This document shows positions 25,886-35,134 of a stretch of DNA of 64,000 nucleotides, one piece after another. The stretch is from positions 67,952,001 through 68,016,000 of the forward strand of contig NC_083277.1 of the NCBI RefSeq assembly GCF_963506605.1. The letters are read 5' to 3'. Below the pieces are notes generated by a model that was given only the letters and a program-made list of their open reading frames with translations, did no database searches and was not told the origin of the DNA. Position 1 is the first letter of the stretch; each line of letters begins with the position of its first letter. Position numbers and translations under genes: made by a program. This stretch comes from Zootoca vivipara (taxonomy: Eukaryota).

Positions 25886-26376
25886 TTGTGAAATATTCAA
25901 GATTTGTAATGTGAAGTTTGTTATCCCTGTAATGTTCCTTTCCTCACAATTCACTTTTGGGGTTTTCATACCATCTGTGCTATTAGAGTCCTCTCCTGAT
26001 GAAGGATGCACTGCTTCCAGAACTACAGGTGAATCTATTACTTGCTCTTGTATAGGAGACCCAGGCTGAGATAGGAATGAAACAATACCCTGCGTACTGC
26101 ATTCACCATCAACGGCTGCATCACAGGTGCCAGTGTCATGCTCCAAGACATGTCTCTCCTTGGACTCACCTGGAACAACTGATAGAACTACAGGTTCAGC
26201 TGCAGGCATGCTGCTACCCATCATAGCATCAGCTATCTCTGCAGTCCTGTACTGTACCGATTCTTTAGGCCCATCGCTGCTTGCAGGTACAGAACTGCTT
26301 TTCACAGTGAATGGTACAGCAGTTTCACTTAACTTTTCAGATGGCGAGTCAGTAGTTTCTTCCATTTCAGCTACTG
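25886..26376 (-). CDS. TXNDC15: TXNDC15 exon 2 (acidic low-complexity lumenal region)
   Basis: Within ORF 25862..26431; ends ...KVNCEERNITGITNFTLQILNISQ|GTAAGT. Acceptor is TAGCAGTAG, so the start could be 26376, 26373 or 26370. Confidence 0.9.
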
Positions 26377-26899
26377 CTACAGAAAATGCAAGAACATATA
26401 GCATCTTTAGTGCTGAACAATAGGAGTACATCTATATTTATTCAACGCAACAATGCAGCAGTGGGTGGAACTTACAATCCAATGTGTGAATTGAGGGGGT
26501 TCAAAGAAAGCAAACCGTTCAGTGAGGCCCACACACTGCAACAACCGCTGCCACCCTCACCACACCATAAATACCAGCGTGGCATAAATACCACCAGTGT
26601 CATTTTTTATAAAGTCTTTCTTTGTACTGTAGAAAATAGATCCCATCCAAGATATGTACAGAAAAGAAACATACAACAAAAAAATAGAATCTTGCCACCC
26701 AAGAATACAAGTTCGACTTTGGCCACCACTCTACATATTCTACTACAGCAGGGGTGGGCAATTTCAGAATTGTATGGTCTGCTTCCCCACCCCCCACTCC
26801 CACCCCGAATCCCCTAGGGCCCGCAAGCACATTTCAAGCTTATAAAACAAGAGTACACAACACTAGATCTTTCACTTAGGCATCTGCTCCGAAGCATGC

Positions 26900-28450
26900 A
26901 TGCAGCCTTGCTTAAGCAGCGCTTGGTTTGCTGGATCAAACGAAGTCGCACGTAGGCCTGCAGGTTTCCCGAGCACAAGACTACATTTTAACTTCTGCCC
27001 TCTCTTGTTTGTGCTCCAGAGAGAGAAACAGGAGAAATAGGAATTGCTTGCTTCTTCTCCAAAGCATTTAAAAACAAAAAACCAAGCAGCAGCAAGGGGT
27101 GGCGACGCGAGCCTAGTTGGCTCGTCCCCCATTCCCCGCAGGTGCACCAAGCAGACGCGCCGCCTGTCCTCAGCATCTCCGCTCAGCTGCCCCTTCCCCC
27201 GGCGGTGCAACCATGGCAACCAAGCCCTCCTTACCTGCAAGAAGACTTGCGAGCAACCAAACCAGCCAGAGGCCCCGACCCCGCCCGCGCGAGGACAAGA
27301 ACATCATCCTCGCAAGGGAGGGGGAAGCTGGGAGAGGGGGGCAAGAAAAAGACCGGGCGGACCAACCGGAAAACAAGGTCCAGTCCAACAACAGCCGCCT
27401 TCCGCTCTTCACTCCTTTCCGTTTCCGGGGCACCACGAAAACAAACAAACTCTATGGAGCTTGAAAAATCCTTTTGTCCGCTGGCGGACCGGATGTACTG
27501 ACTATTTCTCTCGAGGTCCTAGTTCGGCGGCAGGCGGCAGTGCAGAAACACAAGACCTTGCCCTTGTCATGATTTGCCAGCACTGTATCTGTCTACCCCG
27601 TTTTCTAACTGTTGTGCAGGAAGAAATAAAGTGCCTGTTGTTATTATTATCGCCGTATTGTATATTGGGGTGGCTGGGGAAACCCTGCCAGATGGGCGGA
27701 GTATTATTACTATTATTATTATTAGTTCAGTTTATCTTCCACCAACTTACGAGGGTGGGAAGAGAGCTCGACTGAGGCAGAGTGCTCTGTGACAATCCTG
27801 GCCTTGGTACTTTTCTCTCCCCAGCACAGATCTAAACTAAGGAGAGCTCATATAAAAATCGGGATTTTCCTTCCCTGTGGCAATCCCCATAGAGATCCCC
27901 GATGCCATCTTTTAAGGAGCCTTATCGATTTGCCTGTGGCTGCCACCTTGGGTCTGTCCGGAAACGGAATCCAAACCACACGAGGGGCCGTCCAAAGGGG
28001 ACGGCTCTGAACCGGGCGTCTTCCCGATACATGAGGAAGTCTGAAAGGAAAAGGAGGCATACGGGTAGAACTGCGCAGCTCTGGCTGCATGGGAAATGCA
28101 GCCTGTAGCGGTCGCTATAGGGCTGCTAAATGCATAGGAAGGGGGGGGGAACAATACTGTACCCACTGCCGACGCCAAGCAATAACAATGAATTTACGAT
28201 AGTTGGCGCAAATTGAAAGTTTTTAAAACATTAAACCAAAATCGATTCCGCAGCACTCTGAAACCCGAGGCATCAACATTGTTTACAACCCGCAGAATAC
28301 TTTGCCCAGTCTCCAGGCGGGTATTCTGCTGCAGAGGCAATTATATATTTTCGGTAATATAGTCCCGCCTTTCACGGGCATCCAGCCTTCTACTGATTCG
28401 ACGGAAGCTGATGTATCGTTAGTTTGGTCTACCTTGAACGCTTCCCCCTA
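26900..28450. promoter_or_regulatory. CpG-rich promoter region of TXNDC15, possibly bidirectional
   Basis: CpG-rich, with several CCGGAA/TTCCGG ETS-type motifs. CpG richness extends about 1 kb upstream toward the + strand pseudogene. Boundaries approximate. Confidence 0.6.
27235..27307 (-). CDS. TXNDC15: TXNDC15 exon 1 (signal peptide)
   Basis: MMFLSSRGRGRGLWLVWLLASLLA then G|GTAAGG, phase 1. The five exons sum to 1056 nt (351 aa + stop) in one open frame. Confidence 0.85.
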
Positions 28451-29020
28451 ATTAAGGCACAGCAATAACATCTTCATACAGTTTGGGGCTCTGTAAATGG
28501 GTTGCAGTATCAGTGTCATAGAACAGTAGAAGTTCCTAAAGTTTGGTTCCCTACAGCAGCAGCAGCAGCAGCAGCAAAACAAACAAAACACCTGCTCTCA
28601 GGAGATTCAATTTCTGCACCCAGGCAACAGCAGCAAACATTTCGGATATTGAGAGTGCTGGCTGGCAATGATAACGTGGTCTGCTTCTAAAACATACCAC
28701 TGCAATAATGCAGATCTTTCAGAATGTGATAAATACTGTTGTGATAATATTAAGGAACCCAATTTATTTGGTTATTTCTACCACACATTATACTGGCTAG
28801 GATCTGACCAACAGTGGCCACACAACCTGTAAAATACTCAGTTATTCCAACATGGAGCTAGCAGAACTGATTTGATTCTAATATTTGAAGCTGCTGCAGT
28901 CTTCACGTGTAAGCAATATTCTAGAGTGACATGACCAAAGGACCCCTAGATTATCCCAAAGATTCAACCACTGTGTTGTGCTGATATCTATGCTAATTAG
29001 CCTTTATTCTAATTATATTA

Positions 29021-29214
29021 CTGTATTGGCCTGACTATAAGCCGCACCTTTAAAATTCCACAGCCACTCACACCTGTTCCATTTTACCATATGTCTGTTT
29101 CAGCAGTGATGTCGTAAAAGCCACTTTTTGTAAGGTCGTGAATTTAAGCCGCACTTTAACTTTTCGCGGTTAGAATTTGGGGGGAAAGTGAGGCTTAAAT
29201 TCAAGCCAATGCAG
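29021..29214. mobile_element. Tc1/mariner-superfamily (Tc2-like) MITE
   Basis: TA flanks; imperfect TIR CTGTATTGGC/GCCAATGCAG; internal AAGCCGCAC repeats. Confidence 0.7.
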
Positions 29215-29420
29215 TACATAGAAATAACTTCGAATGGAAGCCAGTGAGGCATGATATGGGAACTTATTTTACAGACATTTTGAAGATCGCAACTTTGTGG
29301 TACAGGCTTACAGCATCATCTACATTACATGCAGAAGCTCCCCAGGTTCAATCCTCGAGTATCTCCAGGTAGAGTTGGGGAAGAACCCTGCCTGAAATCC
29401 AGTTACTGTAGTTTAAACAG

Positions 29421-30003
29421 CATGGGCGTACCCAGGATCAAAACTAGGGGGGGGCAAGGGGAGGGGCCAAGGCACGGAAGGGGAGGGGCCACAAAGTGGG
29501 CGGGAACAGCGAACTCGCGCTCCGCCGGGCTGTGCCCCTCCCTAGAAGCAGGGCTGGTGGGCGGAGGCGGAGCCCAGCCCAGCGGAGCGCGAGTTCAGCG
29601 TTCCCGCCCGCCGCGCCGCGCTCTCTGGTTCCCCGCCGCGCTTGGCCTTGCCAGAGGGCGCGATGGGGAGCTGGAGGGAGGGCGCAGCGCGGCGGGCGGG
29701 AACGGCGAACTCACGCTCCGCCGGGCTGTGCCCCTCCCTAGCAGCAGGGCTGGTGGGCGGAGGCAGAGCCCAGCCCAGCGGAGCGCGAGTTCGGCGTTCC
29801 CACCCACCGCGCCGCGCTCCCTGGTTCCCCGCTGCGCTTGGCCTTGCCTGAGGGCGCGCCGGGGAGCTGGAGGGAGGGTGCGGCGCGGTGCGGCGGGAAT
29901 GGCGAACTCGCGCTCCGCCGGGCTGTGCTCCGCCTCTGCCCACCAGCTCTGCTTCTAGAGTAGGGCAGCTGCCCTAACTTGCCGCATGGTGGGTACGCCC
30001 TTG
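29421..30003. mobile_element. GC-rich hAT-type element with internal ~196-bp tandem units, inserted into a SINE
   Basis: TIR CA(T/A)GGGCGTACCCA; TSD TTAAACAG at 29413-29420 and 30004-30011. Confidence 0.85.
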
Positions 30004-30469
30004 TTAAACAGTACTGAGCTACATAGACTCATGGTCTGACTCAGCATAAGGTAGTTTTCCATATGCCTATGATAATTCCAAAACCTGCATACAAAATGAT
30101 TATCATAGAGTTGGAAGTGACCGAGGGTCATGCAGGAATACTGCCCACAGCTGTCCCTGTGTAGGCTCAAACCACCAACCTTCTGTTTAACAGCCAGACA
30201 CACTAAAGTTAAACCATTGTGCTACCTCAAGTGGTTTGGTCTATGTGCTCATGTGTGGGCATGCTGCTGCATATTGCTCTGCAGTCAGAGTAGGGAAACT
30301 AGCCCTCCAGATGTTACTGAACTAGCATGGATGGCCAATTATCATGTTTGCATGTGCTATCTTCCTGAGTCTTGCATGTGTGCTTCCTCATGTTTGCATG
30401 TGATGTTCTCATGATTATTGGGTGGGTGGGAGACAGACAGACAGAATGAAGAGCTGCCATGACTATGCA

Positions 30470-30532
30470 CTGCAGGGGGTTGAACTAGATGATCCTTTGG
30501 GTTCCTTCCAACTCTGCAGTTCTCTGATTCTA
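30470..30532 (+). mobile_element. CR1 3' terminus
   Basis: GGGTTGAACTAGATGATCC...CCTTCCAACTC...TGATTCTA, a CR1-type tail. Confidence 0.7.
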
Positions 30533-31908
30533 TTATTTGATTTTCTGTCATTGGTTTGCCTCACTTCCTCAAGTGTGTTGTTCTATATCTCATCTCTTTT
30601 GATATCTTGATATCTCTGCTATGTTAACTTAATTTTCAGTCTTAGATAATAAAGGACTGAATTCCAAGGCTATTGTCTCAGCTTTACTTCCTCCTCTCCA
30701 GACAGCTAATCAAATGGAACTACAGGACAATATGAAGATGGCCTATCTTGCAGGGGCAATATCTAATCACTGAGATATTGTGCTGCAGATATTGTGACTT
30801 TCAATATTTTTTATCACTGCAGAGTTATGTATTGACAAGTCATCACAATCATTGGTCTTAAGGTTAATTCAATTCCATTTTCAAAAAATATCCATTTAAA
30901 ACAAAAAGCTATTTTAGGATCAAAATGCTTTTCTAAGTAATTACAACGTAAGAGCCCGTAGAATGCATTTTTCTACAAGCATGACTCATTAGTTAGGGTA
31001 GAGTGGCTTTTTGGCACATGAATTAAATTCTTAAGCATGTTAAATTTTCTCCTAAACCAAAGTTTGTTTGTTTTATCCTAGAACAAATATAATGGGAGAG
31101 ATACAGCAAAGGAACATGAATGGTCCATAGATTATTGTTTATACTTATCTAGGGAAGCATATGAAACAACCTACTTTGGCACTGTTGGATAATCAGACTC
31201 TCATCCATCATCTCTTTCTTTTCAAAGCTACCCAGCAGACTTGAAATGGCCCAAATTCAGTGCACTTTAATGTAAAATTTATGAGAATTCTGAAACAGAA
31301 TAGAGCTGCCAGCACACTGTTTGCAATTGTATGTTCCAAATAAACTAGGTTTTGTATTTATTTCTACCATGACAAAAAGTTTTAACTTATTCATTAGATG
31401 GCAATTATGCCAAAGAAGCCAGAAAGTGGTACAGAAAGATACCCATTTGTCTTTAGACCCTGTTAACAATCTAAAGTGCTCTCACTTGCAAGTTGTATTT
31501 TGCTTTTAATCTTTGGAAGATTTTACAATGTCATAACTTACAACAAACTTAGAACGTAGGTTACTGCACGGTAGATGCAAAAAAACCCAAAACCTTACTG
31601 AGTCTATAGAATATCCTTTTGGTATTACTTAAACATAAAGAAAAACCCTGGAAAAATGCAAAACAAAACATGCCTTAGAAAAATAAAAGCCCTTTTATCC
31701 AGGCACTTGATCCTGGAAATTATAGGTTTGTTTAAGGCAGGTTTAGTTAGCAGCTGTATCTTGCAGTTTATCTATTTGAAAATTAGTCTGCTTCATTGGG
31801 ATCAGGTGAGAATTTCCAATAACGTGAACAATTGAAAGAGATATTTAAGCTCATGGGTGGGGAGCTTGTGGCCCTCCAGATGTTGCTGAGCTCCAAATCC
31901 CATCAACC

Positions 31909-31998
31909 CATAGCTGCCAAGTTATCCCTTTTTTACAGGGATTTTCCCTTATGCTGAATAGGCTTCCTCGCGAGAAAAGGGAAAACTTGGCAGCTATG
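31909..31998. mobile_element. 90-bp hAT MITE nested in an older MITE fragment
   Basis: TSD CATCAACC; opposite orientation to the 18986 copy. Confidence 0.9.
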
Positions 31999-33089
31999 CA
32001 TCAACCCCAGGCACCATGGCCATGCTCTTAAATATCTCTTTCAATTGTTCATGTTATTGGCAATTTGCTTTTCGGACATGGAGCATGCATAATTATCTTT
32101 TATCTGCTGTGTGTCTCTGTCCCACCATGAAATGCAGTGCTTGGGACCAAAAATATGTTCAGTTTTGATCCACACTCTTACATGTCCATGCATAAATGAT
32201 ATACAGTACTTTGTGAATGCCTTCCCATCTTACACTAGAGATGGGACCCATATGGGATTGGATCTTCTGTTGAAGCAAGTTCATTTGGATTCAATTCATG
32301 GTGTTTATGGAATATTAAGTAACTTATCCTGAAACAGTTAACTAACAGCAGTGATCTGCATAAAAAAGAAGGTGAGGGCTGCTTTCTGCTATTTAAAAAA
32401 AAAAAATCATAGATTGATTTCTGCCCCACCCCATTTACCTGAATGATAACTTAAGGTGCAGTTTTTGATATTTTTCTGTCTTGTTATCAGTAAATACTCA
32501 GCGGTGTGTAGACCACCAAGGTGGTCAATTGTTTAAATATAGCTGTTTGGATAAAAGCCTCTTACTGAACCATAATTACCATAGCCAACAGGAACAATGC
32601 TAAATTTTGATAGTTCAGGTTCCCCTTTAATTATTATTGATATTGGAACTTTGCCACATCACAGCGATAAATAGAAATGTAGAGATCTTTAAAGAGGACT
32701 ACTCATAACAACATATCTAGCAATACATCAGCTATAACCCTGCATATTCCAAATTTTAAGCAAAATTGTATCAAGTGCCTTAAATAAAATGGCATGAGCA
32801 GCACTATAGTATAGCACCATTGTTAGCTGGATGTCTCTAAAATTTTGAATGCAAGAGGAATAAGAATCTAGAATAAGAAGAGGATTAAGAATCTGGTATT
32901 AGCTCACAATTATCTCATTGGGTGACATGTAACAAAATAAAATATTCTAAATTGCTTTGGGATGCCTCGTGTGTAGTGATTCATAGATGAAATAAATAAT
33001 AGCCGCTGTAGTTCCTCCTCCCTTCTGCAGCCCCTCTAAAATTTACTCTGTAGGGTGGGGTGGTGAGTAAGTCCATTCACATGACATTA

Positions 33090-33449
33090 AAGGTAAAGGT
33101 ACCCCTGACCATTAGGTACAGTCGCGGATGACTCTGGGGTTGCGGCACTCATCTCGCTCTATAGACCGAGGGAGCCGGTGTTTGTCCAGAGACAGCTTCC
33201 AGATCATATGGCCAGCATGATTAAGCCGCTTCTGGCGAACCAGAGCAGTGCACGGAAACGCCATTTACCTTCCTGCTGTAGTGGTACCTATTTATCTACT
33301 TGTACTTTGACGTGCTTTCGAACTGCTGGGTTGGCAGGAGCAAGGACCGAGCAACAGGAGCTCACCCCATCGCGGGGATTCTAACCGCCGACCTTCTGAT
33401 CGGCAAGCCCTAGGCTCTGTTGTTTAGATCACAGCGCCACCTGCGTCCC
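33090..33449 (-). mobile_element. Sauria SINE, full length
   Basis: Same family; TSD TTCACATGA(C/G)ATTA at 33076-33089 and 33450-33463. Confidence 0.9.
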
Positions 33450-34434
33450 TTCACATGAGATTATATATAATCTAATGACTAACAGCAGCTCTCCGGGATT
33501 GCAGGCACAAGTCTTTCCCAATCCAACTTGGAGATGCTAAGGTAGAAATTTGGACATTCTGCATGCAAAGCACTGAACTACATCTCCTTTCTCTTTATCA
33601 GGATGGGCAACATCCAACACACAAGACAAATAGGCCCACCAGGGTCCCCCAATTTAACCTACAAGGCTGTTTTCTCCAAGCCACACCCACCTGCCTCGCA
33701 CCTGACATCTTATGGTAACAGATGTGGGGCAGGTGGTCACAACTGCAAAGAAACCACCAGGAGTCTTAAAGTGTGCTCTGAATTGTTTCTTGGCAAGCAA
33801 GACTTTCATTTAGTGCTTTTAAATGCAAAGACCACTGGGGTCAGCTCCACTCAGGAGCTCCCAATCAGAGCACCCAAGTAGAGCTGATCCCTGCCAAAAC
33901 AGGATGTACAATTAGCACTGCTTTCTGCAGGAGTATTTTCGGCAACAGTAGCAGCTTCAATTCAAGCCAAGGCTACAAAGGAAGAAGGAAGTCTCAGGAG
34001 CACACTTAAGAGTGCGCTGCTGATTCCTCCTTTTGGAGTTTGAATAAATGGCTGTCACATAACATCTGCCAGTCAAAAGTGGTCAGCAGAGGGAGGCTCA
34101 GAGCTGGATCCAGCCTGCTGATCTGATCCAGTTCCCCACCCCTCCTCTATATGCAATACCACTGTAAAAATGTTTTCCTTGTCAAATTACAGAGCAAGTC
34201 TGTTGGTGTAAGTTGAAAACATACATTTAATAAATTATGTTCAGATAAAGATAAATAAAAAACCTGAAGTCACTCAAACCATGTTTTGAACTGTCACTAA
34301 AATTAATGCAAGGTGGTCTTATAACATTTCTGGAAGTCTTTCAAGAAATAGAGGGGCTGCAGTACTGCTGTTTATGGCCACTAAGACTATCTGCATTGCC
34401 CAGCATCCTAATTATGATGGGTAAGCTGGCCTGG

Positions 34435-34799
34435 GGGATGCAGGTGGCGCTGTGGTCTAAACCACTGAGCCTAGAGCTTGCCGATCAGAAGGTCGGCGGT
34501 TTGAATCCCCGCGACGGGGTGAGCTCCTGTTGCTCGGTCCCAGCTCCTGCCCATCTAGCAGTTCGAAAGCACGTCAAAGTGCAAGTAGATAAATAGGTAC
34601 TGCTCTGGCAGAAAGGTAAACGGTGTTTCCATGTGCTGCTCTGGTTTGCCAGAAGCGGCTTAGTCATGCTGGCCACATGACCTGGAAGCTGTCTGCAGAC
34701 AAATGCTGGCTCCCTCGGCCTATAGAGCGAGATAAGCGCCACAACCCCAGAGTCGTCCGTGACTGGACCTAACGGTCAGGGGTCCCTTTACCCTTTACC
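34435..34799 (+). mobile_element. Sauria SINE, full length
   Basis: Same family; TSD TAAGCT(G/T)GCCTGG at 34422-34434 and 34800-34812. Confidence 0.9.
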
Positions 34800-35134
34800 T
34801 AAGCTTGCCTGGAGATCACAACAAGCAGGAAGGGAGTAAGTAATCCATATATGGTGGGCCCAATCCCCAATACTTTCAGAAAATAAAGTGGGGGAGAGAA
34901 GGGAGTTGGGAATTATTTTTGCTTGGGAAATATATACATCTGATAGAGAACAAGCCAGGGAAAGCATATAAAAAGTACTGTAGTTCAAAACCTTCCATTT
35001 CTTTTTATGGGTAACAATTGAAGAGTTCATTCATCTGCAAAGCTGGTTAATTTAACAGGTGTTTGCTGAGTTTCAAGTTATACTGTATGGGGGTGGGGGT
35101 GGTAAGAATATAAAACATATTAAAGTTATTTGGT

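Larger units (their letters stand above)
28691..32940 (+). pseudogene. Decayed multi-exon GREB1-family (TAGT glycosyltransferase-like) gene; exons 28691-28908, 30640-30862, 31082-31328, 31520-31725, 32241-32371, 32491-32940
   Basis: Five GT..AG introns join in phases 1,2,0,2,1; about 490 codons with scattered stops and at least 2 frameshifts in the last exon. Colinear motif matches to the remembered GREB1 C-terminus, e.g. PFIQALDPGNYR|WD vs PFIVISDDSCVMWN, KCRDL*RGLLI vs SCSDLLFSGLLL, terminal YLIG*HV vs FLTGRHI. AATAAA at 32936 and 32991. Confidence 0.75.

Noticed and set aside
27044-27775. 243-aa + strand ORF over TXNDC15 exon 1
   Set aside because: CpG-island antisense ORF with a non-ATG start that runs into a LINE tail; no family resemblance.
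28291-28330. Hairpin GCAGAATAC...GTATTCTGC as a miRNA or ncRNA
   Set aside because: Stem too short for a pre-miRNA and no recognisable family; overlaps a weak candidate exon.
29329-29958. 209-aa repetitive ORF
   Set aside because: Lies within the tandem units of a TIR/TSD-bounded non-autonomous element.
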